From positions 67,846 through 131,845 of the forward strand of contig CAKONC010000004.1 of assembly GCA_934096985.1 (NCBI GenBank): DNA of 64,000 bases. The letters are read 5' to 3'. A program made the position numbers and the translations under genes. Below, piece by piece: positions 29,763-40,736 of the stretch (positions are counted from its first letter, which is position 1; each line of letters opens with the position of its first letter). The notes beneath the pieces are model-generated. The model saw only the letters and a list, made by a program, of their open reading frames with translations. It searched no databases and was not told the origin of the DNA. The DNA comes from an uncultured Bacilli bacterium (lineage in GTDB: Bacteria; Bacillota_I; Bacilli_A; RF39; UBA660).

Positions 29763-29948
29763 CTATATTATTAAAAACATTATTATTATCATACACAACC
29801 CAGGAAATCCTAAAAAAGCTACAGATAAAAGTGTTAAGATATTAATTGGTATAATAACTTCTAATGATGCCACCATTACATTTAAACCATATAAAACACA
29901 AAATGCAAATAAAATTTTTTTAATACACCAAAATATTTTTTTTAACAT
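29763..29948 (-). CDS. bofA: BofA-family small membrane protein (pro-sigma-K processing inhibitor-like)
   Basis: 61 aa, two TM segments; ...INILTLLSVAFLGFPGLCMIIIM resembles the BofA C-terminal motif. Lies downstream of recR as in B. subtilis. Confidence 0.55.
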   Translation of the reverse strand: MLKKIFWCIKKILFAFCVLYGLNVMVASLEVIIPINILTLLSVAFLGFPGLCMIIIMFLII

Positions 29949-29985
29949 AATTTCCTCTTTATAAATTATGTTTGAATTGAATTTT

Positions 29986-30585
29986 TTATGCTATCTTTTT
30001 TCTATCATCTAAAGCTTTATTTAACGTTATAACATCTAAATAATCGATTTCAGCACCCATAGGAATACCGTATGATAATCTAGAAATTGTAACTTTTTTA
30101 TTTTCAAATATTTTTTTTATATATAAAGTTGTTGTTTCACCTTCAATTGAAGATTTCAACGCAATTATTAATTCCGGGTTTGTAAGATTCTCCACTCTTT
30201 TCACTAAAGATGATATATTGATATCTTGTGGAGAAATGTTATCAATTGGTGATATTAAACCATTTAATACATGATAAACACCCTTAAAATTACCAACTTT
30301 TTCAAAAGACAATAAACTTTTGTAATCTTCCACAACACAAATTAAATTATGATCCCTTGTTTCATTATTACAAACATCACAAATTTCTTTATCAGTTAAG
30401 CTGTTACAAACTTTACATGGTGTCAGTTTTTCTTTGGCTTCAACTAAAGCCTTACTAAAATCTAAAATATCCTCATCTTTTAATTCTAAGGTTGCTAATG
30501 CTAATCTTTCTGCGCTTTTTTCTCCTATAGTTGGATATTTTTTGAAACTTTTAATTAATTGTTCAAGTATTTTAGGGTAAATCAT
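29986..30585 (-). CDS. recR: Recombination protein RecR
   Basis: ...LIKSFKKYPTIGEKSAERLA...CKVCNSLTDKEICDVC... helix-hairpin-helix, Zn finger and Toprim. Confidence 0.95.
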   Translation of the reverse strand: MIYPKILEQLIKSFKKYPTIGEKSAERLALATLELKDEDILDFSKALVEAKEKLTPCKVCNSLTDKEICDVCNNETRDHNLICVVEDYKSLLSFEKVGNFKGVYHVLNGLISPIDNISPQDINISSLVKRVENLTNPELIIALKSSIEGETTTLYIKKIFENKKVTISRLSYGIPMGAEIDYLDVITLNKALDDRKKIA

Positions 30586-30881
30586 TAAAATAATCCACCC
30601 ATTTTTGAATATTGTCCCAATTTTTCTTCAGTAACTTTATCTATTTGATTCATGGCATCTTTAACTGCTAAGCAAATCATATCGCAAAGTATTTCTTTGT
30701 TTGATTTATCAAAAGCCTCATCATTAACTATTTCAACTGTTTTAATCTCCTTATTTCCTTTAAAAGTTACGTTAACCCAATCAGATTTTCCTACAAACTC
30801 CATAGAATCAATCTGATCCTTTTTATTCATAATATCTTTTTGCATTCTTTGAGCTTGTGCCATTATTTGTTGCATATTCAT
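30585..30881 (-). CDS. ybaB: Nucleoid-associated protein YbaB/EbfC
   Basis: MNMQQIMAQAQRMQKDIMNKK... is the YbaB N-terminus. AAGGAGGT precedes the trimmed start. Between dnaX and recR. Confidence 0.9.
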   Translation of the reverse strand: MNMQQIMAQAQRMQKDIMNKKDQIDSMEFVGKSDWVNVTFKGNKEIKTVEIVNDEAFDKSNKEILCDMICLAVKDAMNQIDKVTEEKLGQYSKMGGLF

Positions 30882-30894
30882 ATAAATTACCTCC

Positions 30895-32481
30895 TTATTT
30901 TTCTTCAACTTTATTTATATCGAATATATCTATTATATCATCAATTTCATTATTTTCCACCGGTTCATTTAACAAAGTGTATTTAATTTTATTTTTCATA
31001 TTTTCTTTAAATATATTCATTTCATTATTCCAATTTTCAGTATCAGTTGCAATAATTAAATAATTTGTTTTAAATAGATTATTAAAGTTATCTTCAACAA
31101 TTTTGCAATTTTTATTAATTTCACTTGCTAAAGACTTAATACTTGTATTTAATACCATAATTGAAGGTGAGGCTAATACTATATCTGTATCTTCAATTAA
31201 TCCTTTAACCTTCTTATTTTCAGTAATTTGTTTAAAATTAACCCACATATTACTACAAAAATTTTTATTTTCTTTTGATGCTGATACAAAACAATTATTA
31301 ATTCTTACTTTTTCAAGTTGTTCATAATACGAACTTTTGTTTTTATTTTGAGATATTTTAGGCTTTTCTCGTGTTAATAATTTGTTATTTTTTTCTTTGT
31401 TTATTGTTAATTCCATGTTATTTGTTTGTTTACAAGTAGGTTTTTCAGCATTTGTATCGTTTATTATATATTTTAATAAAATTAATTCTAATAAACTAAA
31501 TAAATCAACATTTATATTTGTTTTATATAGTGTATCTGAAAGTTCAAAACACATATTTTTATAATCATCATAACTAAGCCTATCAATTCGGTCATTCATT
31601 TTAATTTCTAATGCTCTTTTTTTTATTACATTTATTATTTTTTTTATTAAAGTTTTATAATCAACAGATAGTTCTTCTGCCTTTTCAATAAATTCGACAA
31701 TATAAGTTGCTTCATTATTATTTAGTTTATCAATCATTTCAATTACCTGTGAATTAGAAATTAACCCCAAATTATCTAAAACATCTTTTATTTCGATATG
31801 TTTTTTTAATTTTGAAATTTGATCAAGAATACTTAAAGCATCTCTTAAACCACCTTCTGAAAAATTTGCTATTTCAACTATAGCATCATCATCTATTTCT
31901 ATATTTTCCTTTTGGGAAATATTTTTTAATTGAATGATTATGTCATTTAATCCAATTTTTTTAAAATCAAGTCTTTGACATCTTGATAAAACAGTTATTG
32001 GTACATCTTCAATATTTGTTGTAGCTAATATAAATATTGCATGTGCTGGTGGTTCCTCTAGAGTTAATAAAAGTGCATTAAATGCGCTAGTACTTAACAT
32101 ATGAACTTCATCAATAATATATACTTTGTATTTTGAATTAATAGGACTAAGTTTAACATTATCAATAATTTCTCTTATTTGGTCTACACCAGTATTTGAG
32201 GCTGCATCTATTTCATATATATCACTGCTGGAGCTAAAATTTTTACATAATTCACATTCCAAACACGGATTTCCATCGGTATTATTTATACAATTAATTG
32301 CTCTTGCAAATATTTTAGCAGTGCTTGTCTTACCAGTACCTCTAGGACCCGAAAATATATACGCATGTGAAATTCTATTTTCTAAAATACTGTCCTTCAA
32401 TAATTTTACAACCACATTCTGGCCAACTAACTCATCAAAAGTCTGTGGTCGATATTTTCTATATAAAACTTTATAATCCAT
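30895..32481 (-). CDS. dnaX: DNA polymerase III subunit gamma/tau
   Basis: ...YRPQTFDELVGQ...HAYIFSGPRGTGKTS...CLECELC...IIDEVHMLS... are clamp-loader motifs. Confidence 0.9.
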   Translation of the reverse strand: MDYKVLYRKYRPQTFDELVGQNVVVKLLKDSILENRISHAYIFSGPRGTGKTSTAKIFARAINCINNTDGNPCLECELCKNFSSSSDIYEIDAASNTGVDQIREIIDNVKLSPINSKYKVYIIDEVHMLSTSAFNALLLTLEEPPAHAIFILATTNIEDVPITVLSRCQRLDFKKIGLNDIIIQLKNISQKENIEIDDDAIVEIANFSEGGLRDALSILDQISKLKKHIEIKDVLDNLGLISNSQVIEMIDKLNNNEATYIVEFIEKAEELSVDYKTLIKKIINVIKKRALEIKMNDRIDRLSYDDYKNMCFELSDTLYKTNINVDLFSLLELILLKYIINDTNAEKPTCKQTNNMELTINKEKNNKLLTREKPKISQNKNKSSYYEQLEKVRINNCFVSASKENKNFCSNMWVNFKQITENKKVKGLIEDTDIVLASPSIMVLNTSIKSLASEINKNCKIVEDNFNNLFKTNYLIIATDTENWNNEMNIFKENMKNKIKYTLLNEPVENNEIDDIIDIFDINKVEEK

Positions 32482-32524
32482 GTGTTCCTCCGCTTATAAT
32501 TATAACAATTTCTCCATTAATATT

Positions 32525-32944
32525 CTATCTTTTATTAGAAAAAAATTGTTGCAATAATAATTTATATTCATATCTAAATTTATCATTTAACATAGTCTGA
32601 TTATAATTAATATTTTTATTATCTTCATTATGAAAATTGGAGGGTAATAAATAAAATACATTTTTTATTCTTGCTTGTCTTATAGCCTCCTTGCACATAT
32701 TGCATGGTTCCAAAGTGACATACAAATCACATTCATCTAAACGCCAATCACCTATAATATTACTTGCCAATTTAATTGCATTTATTTCTGCGTGATTTAT
32801 AGAACAATTATTTTGCATTTTTGTATTGTGTGTCGAACATATTATTTTTGAATTTTTAGTTATTACACATCCAACAGGTACTTCATCTTCAACAAAAGCT
32901 TGTTTAGCTTCATTAATTAATATTTCTATTATATTTTTATTCAT
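32525..32944 (-). CDS. tadA: tRNA-specific adenosine deaminase
   Basis: ...HAEINAI...LEPCNMCKEAI... is the CDA Zn motif. Start trimmed to MNKNIIE with GGAGAA upstream. The longer ORF would run into the SRP RNA. Confidence 0.85.
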   Translation of the reverse strand: MNKNIIEILINEAKQAFVEDEVPVGCVITKNSKIICSTHNTKMQNNCSINHAEINAIKLASNIIGDWRLDECDLYVTLEPCNMCKEAIRQARIKNVFYLLPSNFHNEDNKNINYNQTMLNDKFRYEYKLLLQQFFSNKR

Positions 32945-32954
32945 AATTCTCCAT

Positions 32955-33033
32955 AAAAAAAGTGCACACAAACATGGATTGATATGGCTGCTTTATTCCT
33001 AACCTGACCAGTTTACAATATATTTGTTGCACA
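32955..33033 (-). ncRNA. ffs: Signal recognition particle RNA, small (4.5S-type, no Alu domain)
   Basis: Minus strand reads CUGGUCAGGUUAGGAAUAAAGCAGCCA, compared with the E. coli helix-8 core CCAGGUCAGGUCCGGAAGGAAGCAGCCA. A closing helix GUGCAACAAA / UUUGUGUGCAC and a U7 tail complete it. An upstream TTGATA-17-TATTAT promoter is present. It occupies the scr slot next to tadA/dnaX. Confidence 0.65.
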
Positions 33034-33091
33034 AAATAATAATAACAAATTTAATCATCATTATCAAGTAAAATTCAATAATTTTAATCAA

Positions 33092-33107
33092 TGTTTCACG
33101 TGAAACA
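33092..33107. promoter_or_regulatory. parS site 1 (TGTTTCACGTGAAACA)
   Basis: Perfect palindromic version of the Firmicute parS consensus tGTTnCACGTGAAACa. Palindromy extends to 26 bp (33087..33112). Confidence 0.85.
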
Positions 33108-33193
33108 TTGATAATCTTTTTTATATTTGACAATGGTATTTCAGTAATTTTTTTTTTTTATAATTTATACCTAAATAAACAAAATAATTCTAA

Positions 33194-33209
33194 TGTTTCA
33201 CGTGAAACA
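33194..33209. promoter_or_regulatory. parS site 2 (TGTTTCACGTGAAACA)
   Basis: Identical 16-mer; 18-bp palindrome with its flanking A/T. Confidence 0.85.
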
Positions 33210-33283
33210 TATATACTATATTTAAATTAATTAATTGTGCTGATATATGAATTTTTATGGATATTTTAGGCAAAAAACCACAA

Positions 33284-33299
33284 TGTTTCACGTGAAACA
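33284..33299. promoter_or_regulatory. parS site 3 (TGTTTCACGTGAAACA)
   Basis: Identical 16-mer; palindromy extends to 24 bp (33280..33303). Abuts the gyrA terminator. Confidence 0.85.
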
Positions 33300-33305
33300 T
33301 TGTAT

Positions 33306-33330
33306 AAAAAAACACACTATTGTGTGTTTT
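33306..33330 (-). terminator. Intrinsic terminator of gyrA (hairpin includes the stop codon)
   Basis: Minus-strand AAAACACAC-AAUA-GUGUGUUUU followed by U-rich sequence. Confidence 0.6.
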
Positions 33331-35857
33331 CATCTGAACCTGTTTGTTCATCAATTTTATCTACAATACTTATAGTAGTAACAAATTGATTATCTTTTAA
33401 ATGAATAAGCCTTGTACCTTGTGTAGCCCTGCCTAATTTAGATATTTGAGATATCGGCATTTTTATAGTTGTTCCAGTATTAGTCATAATAACTAAATCT
33501 TTTTCATTATCCGATAACTTAACAGCAACCAATTTACCATTTTTTTCTGTAACATTTAAAGCTTTAACACCTTTACTGCCACGTTTAGTTTGTCTATATT
33601 CAGATACAGATGTTTGTTTTCCATAACCAAGTTCGGTTACAATTAATATTATATCTTCTTCTTTAACAACTTCTAAGCATATACAGTCACCACCATCAAG
33701 ATTAATTCCTTTAACACCAGATGCTGTTCTGCCCATTGCTCTTATTTCCTTTTCCTCGAATTTTACAAGTTTACCTGTACTAGATCCTAGTAGTATTAAA
33801 TCTGAATTGGTAGTTAATTTAACACCTATCAATTCATCATTATCTTTTAAACTGATAGAAATTTTACCAGAAGTACGTATATTTTCAAATTCGTTTATAC
33901 TTGTTTTTTTAACAATGCCCTTTTTAGTAGCAAAGAATAAATAATCTTTATCACAATTTTGCTCGATAGATACTATTGAAGTAACATATTCTTCTTTTTC
34001 TAAAGGCAATAAATTGACGATTGGTAATCCTTTTGAAGTTCTAGAAAATTCTGGAATTTCGTATCCTTTCATACGATATACTTTACCTTTGTTAGTAAAG
34101 AATAATATATGATCATGTGTCGATAAGCTACATGCTTGATCGACAAAATCTTCATCATTAGTTGTAATACCCTTAACTCCCATTCCACCACGATTTTGAG
34201 TTCTAAATATTTCTGGTTTAGAACGTTTAATATAGCCTTTTTTAGTTAAAACAACCATTATTCGTTCTTCAGGAATTAATGATTCGTCATCAATATAATC
34301 TATAGCTGTCATATCAATATTAGTTCTACGTTCATCACTATATTTATTCTTTATTTCTAACATTTCTGTTTTAATAATTTCATTTACTTTTTGTGGACTT
34401 GCCAATATTGACTTAAGATCATCGATTAATTTTAATAAATCCGCTAATTCAGATTCAATTTTATCACGCTCAAGACCAGTTAAACGTTTCAATTTCATTT
34501 CTAGTATGGCATCAGATTGAATGTCATCTAAGCCAAATTTTAAATTTAATTCTTTTTTTGCTATTTCATCAGTTTTTGATGACTTAATTAACTTAATAAT
34601 TTCATCAATATGATCTAAAGCAATTTTTAGCCCATTTAATATATGAACTCTAGCTTCCGCTTTAGTTAAATCAAATTTTGTTCTACGAATAATAACTTCA
34701 CGTTGAAAATCTATATATTTTGTAAGTATATCCTTTAAGCCTAATGTTTTTGGTGTTAATCCATCAAGCATTAAGAAAATTATTCCATAAGAAATTTGAA
34801 ATGCAGTATGTTTATATAAATTATTTAATACAACTTGAGGGTTTGCATCTTTTTTTAAAGTTATAGTAATTTTAATACCATTTTTTAAATCTGTATGGTA
34901 ATCTGAAATTCCATCAAGTATTTTGTTATGAACCAACTCGGCTACTTTATCTTTTAACTCTGCCGTGTTTATACCATATGGTACTTCAGTAATAACAATA
35001 ACATTATGATTATTATGTTCTTCAATTACTGCTCTACTCCTAATGGTAATAGTTCCTCTTCCTGTCTCATATGCTTTTTTAATGCCAGAATTTCCAAGAA
35101 TTATACCTCCTGTTGGAAAATCTGGACCTTTAACAAATTTCATTAATGATAATGTATCAATATCAGGATTATCAATGCATGCTATGCATCCGTCTATAAC
35201 TTCACCTAAATTATGAGGTGGGATATTTGTTGCCATACCAACAGCAATTCCCATTGAACCATTTACTAAAATATTTGGAAATCTACTTGGTAATACTTTT
35301 GGTTCCTTTTCAGTACCAGTATAATTATCATCCATATCAACGGTATCTTTTTGAATATCCCTTAGTAATTCAAGTGATATTTTGGCAAGTCTTGCTTCAG
35401 TATAACGATAAGCTGCAGGAGCATCCCCTTCTATAGTACCAAAGTTTCCGTGACCATCAACTAACATATATCGTTGTTGAAAATCTTGGGCTAATCTTAC
35501 CATTGCATCATAAATAGAAGAATCACCATGTGGATGATAGTGTCCCATAACGTAACCAACAGTAGTTGCGGACTTTTTATGTGGTTTGTCAGGCGTATTA
35601 CCATCTTCATACATAGACCATAAAATACGTCTATGTACTGGCTTTAAACCATCTCTTAAATCAGGAAGTGCTCTAGAAGTTATAACACTCATTGAATAGT
35701 CTAAAAATGAGGTTTTTACTTCACTAACAATATTATTTTCAATTAGTTTATCTTTTTCGTGAAATTCACCAGCATATTCAGAATCATTAACTAATTCTTC
35801 AGTTGTTTCTTCATTAATATTATCTGAATTAATATTTTTTTCTTCATTGTCGTTCAT
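33317..35857 (-). CDS. gyrA: DNA gyrase subunit A
   Basis: ...SFLDYSMSVITSRALPDLRDGLKPVHRRILW...HPHGDSSIYDAMVRLAQ... are canonical GyrA. Acidic N-terminal extension of about 25-35 aa. Confidence 0.97.
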   Translation of the reverse strand: MNDNEEKNINSDNINEETTEELVNDSEYAGEFHEKDKLIENNIVSEVKTSFLDYSMSVITSRALPDLRDGLKPVHRRILWSMYEDGNTPDKPHKKSATTVGYVMGHYHPHGDSSIYDAMVRLAQDFQQRYMLVDGHGNFGTIEGDAPAAYRYTEARLAKISLELLRDIQKDTVDMDDNYTGTEKEPKVLPSRFPNILVNGSMGIAVGMATNIPPHNLGEVIDGCIACIDNPDIDTLSLMKFVKGPDFPTGGIILGNSGIKKAYETGRGTITIRSRAVIEEHNNHNVIVITEVPYGINTAELKDKVAELVHNKILDGISDYHTDLKNGIKITITLKKDANPQVVLNNLYKHTAFQISYGIIFLMLDGLTPKTLGLKDILTKYIDFQREVIIRRTKFDLTKAEARVHILNGLKIALDHIDEIIKLIKSSKTDEIAKKELNLKFGLDDIQSDAILEMKLKRLTGLERDKIESELADLLKLIDDLKSILASPQKVNEIIKTEMLEIKNKYSDERRTNIDMTAIDYIDDESLIPEERIMVVLTKKGYIKRSKPEIFRTQNRGGMGVKGITTNDEDFVDQACSLSTHDHILFFTNKGKVYRMKGYEIPEFSRTSKGLPIVNLLPLEKEEYVTSIVSIEQNCDKDYLFFATKKGIVKKTSINEFENIRTSGKISISLKDNDELIGVKLTTNSDLILLGSSTGKLVKFEEKEIRAMGRTASGVKGINLDGGDCICLEVVKEEDIILIVTELGYGKQTSVSEYRQTKRGSKGVKALNVTEKNGKLVAVKLSDNEKDLVIMTNTGTTIKMPISQISKLGRATQGTRLIHLKDNQFVTTISIVDKIDEQTGSDENTQ

Positions 35858-35867
35858 ATTAACCCTC

Positions 35868-38872
<3,005 letters not shown>

Positions 38873-38970
38873 TATTTGCCTCTTTTTAAGTTAAATTTAA
38901 CAAATTAACCCTTTTGTTGTACTCCTATACACATAATAATTATAACATAAAATAGGCATAAAAAAAAGAA

Positions 38971-39414
38971 TTATTTATTATTTCTTTTCAAAATGGTATT
39001 TAATCTAACTGCTTTTAAATATTGATTACTAAACACATAACCAGAGCATTTAATTTTAACATTTACTCCATTAATTAAAGTAATATTTAAATAATTCTTT
39101 TCTTCTGAATAATATTTTTCTATGCCAACTATATTAAACCAAGCACAATACTCATTTTTTATTGATAATGATGGGAAAAAAATTATTTCTTTTATTTCAC
39201 TAATAATAATTGGACATTTTTGGCAAATACCTAATAAATATGCTGATGATTTACATCTTCCAACATAAGAACTACCATAAAATTTTGTACTTTCATCCAA
39301 AATATTATAAATTGTATTTTCTATATGATAAGTTATATATTTTTCTACAACTTTAGTACCTTTATTTTCAGATAATAATGCAAGTGTATTTTTATTAATT
39401 ATATATTTTTTCAT
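38971..39414 (-). CDS. ComK-family protein (competence transcription factor-like), short form
   Basis: FYGSSYVGRCKSSAYLLGICQKCPIIISEIKEIIFFPSLS...CAWFN...ITLINGVNVKIKCSGYVFSNQYLKAVRL aligns block by block with B. subtilis ComK FFGSSYAGRKAGTYEVTKISHKPPIMVDPSNQIFLFPTLS...CGWIS...VTFSNGKTMELPISYNSFENQVYRTAWL. Confidence 0.65.
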   Translation of the reverse strand: MKKYIINKNTLALLSENKGTKVVEKYITYHIENTIYNILDESTKFYGSSYVGRCKSSAYLLGICQKCPIIISEIKEIIFFPSLSIKNEYCAWFNIVGIEKYYSEEKNYLNITLINGVNVKIKCSGYVFSNQYLKAVRLNTILKRNNK

Positions 39415-39461
39415 TTATTTCCCCCGTTAATAAAATGTTAACAAATATATAACAAAAAATA

Positions 39462-39468
39462 TGTCGAA
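39462..39468 (+). promoter_or_regulatory. Candidate Spo0A box (TGTCGAA) upstream of the comK-like gene
   Basis: Exact heptamer in AAATATGTCGAATTTTAAA, within the 66-bp dnaN/comK-like intergenic region. Confidence 0.4.
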
Positions 39469-39480
39469 TTTTAAATTATA

Positions 39481-40596
39481 CTAATAAGTTTTTATTGGTA
39501 ATATTAATTCAACAATAGTATCATCAGAAACACTATTAATTATAATGGGTTTATCATCACCATTTATTAATAATATAATGTTATCACTATCTAATACTTT
39601 TAAAGCATCAAGCATATATTTTGACGAATAACTAATTTCCAATTTTTCTTTATTATTACAATCTATCACTAGTTCTTCTTTACTTTTACTATCAGCAGAA
39701 GTACCAAATAAAGTCATTTTTTTATTATCAATCTGCATCTTAATAATATTTTTATCTTTTCCTAACATAATTGTTGAAGCTCTATCAATTGCACTATAAA
39801 ATTCTTTTAAATTTAGGTTAATCATATAACTAAAATCTTTAGGAATATAATTAGATGTGTCCGGATAAGAACCATTTAACAATGCTGTTTGAAATAAAAT
39901 ATTATTATAACTAAATAATACTTTATTTTTAAATAAATTAATCTCAATATCTCCCTCTTCTTTAAGAATGTTAACTAATTCATTGACACTTTTTCCAGGG
40001 ATTACTATATTAATACTATTTTCAATTGGTTTTGATAACTTAACAATTTTCTTTGATAATCTATATGAATCAGTTGCCGTACACTCTAAAATATCACCAT
40101 TTATTTTTAGGTTAAGTCCAGTTAACAAAGGTCTTACTTCCTGCATTGACATAGCATATGAAGTTTGGTTAATCATTTGTTTAATTAATTTTGATTCAAT
40201 ATTTATAACATTTTGACTTTTTTCTAGTGTTATTGTTGGATATTCTCCAATATTATAACATTCAATTATATATTCGTTAATATCTGAATATATTTTTATA
40301 TTATTGTTATCTGTAAGTTCAAAGTTAATAATATCATTTGGCATTTTCCTAATTATTTCTAATAAACATCTGCTTTGTAATACTGCTCTTCCTGTTGATT
40401 CAATATTGATAATATCTTTTAATTCAATGGTAGTTTTAATAGTAAGTTCACTATCACTTGCTTGAACTTCTAAGCCTTGCTCTGTTAAATTAAATAATAT
40501 ACCATTTAATACAGGAATAGTTATTTTTGTAGATAATGCTCTAACAGCATTAGATAATGCATCTAATATAATATTTTTTTTAATTGTAAATTTCAT
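39481..40596 (-). CDS. dnaN: DNA polymerase III beta sliding clamp
   Basis: 371 aa, MKFTIKKNIILDALSNAVRALSTKITIPVLNGILF... is the DnaN N-terminus. Follows dnaA. Confidence 0.9.
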   Translation of the reverse strand: MKFTIKKNIILDALSNAVRALSTKITIPVLNGILFNLTEQGLEVQASDSELTIKTTIELKDIINIESTGRAVLQSRCLLEIIRKMPNDIINFELTDNNNIKIYSDINEYIIECYNIGEYPTITLEKSQNVINIESKLIKQMINQTSYAMSMQEVRPLLTGLNLKINGDILECTATDSYRLSKKIVKLSKPIENSINIVIPGKSVNELVNILKEEGDIEINLFKNKVLFSYNNILFQTALLNGSYPDTSNYIPKDFSYMINLNLKEFYSAIDRASTIMLGKDKNIIKMQIDNKKMTLFGTSADSKSKEELVIDCNNKEKLEISYSSKYMLDALKVLDSDNIILLINGDDKPIIINSVSDDTIVELILPIKTY

Positions 40597-40736
40597 AATT
40601 TTTTCTCCTTCTTTCTTTTATTAATAAATTATTATTATATTTATAAGGTGGGTTTTGTTGATAACTTGTTATTTCCTTTAAATTGCTACTTAACCCAGTA
40701 TATTTATTAAAGAATTATCAACATTTTTCAACAAAT
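40597..40736. promoter_or_regulatory. oriC, dnaA-dnaN segment: DnaA boxes plus AT-rich candidate unwinding element
   Basis: TTATCAACA (40715..40723), TTTTCAACA (40725..40733) and TGTTGATAA (40656..40664). Next to the last box are a short GC cluster (CCCACC on the minus strand) and an almost pure A/T run with TAATAATAA (about 40609..40646). Confidence 0.7.

Noticed and set aside
31693-31699. TTCGACA (a 0A box on the minus strand) inside dnaX, and the one-mismatch AGTCGAA at 42454..42460 in the rpmH promoter spacer.
   Set aside because: The dnaX copy is in coding sequence and lacks the T-rich/ATTTT flanks of the four intergenic copies. The other is not an exact match. Both are compatible with chance.
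33087-33303. CACGTG-centred palindromes considered as transposon terminal inverted repeats, a mini CRISPR-like or REP array, a Rex/CRP-type operator, or simple terminator hairpins.
   Set aside because: There is no transposase or cas gene. The spacers are unequal and unrelated. The stem has no loop and no U-run. The 16-mer matches the parS consensus exactly, and a ParB gene is nearby.
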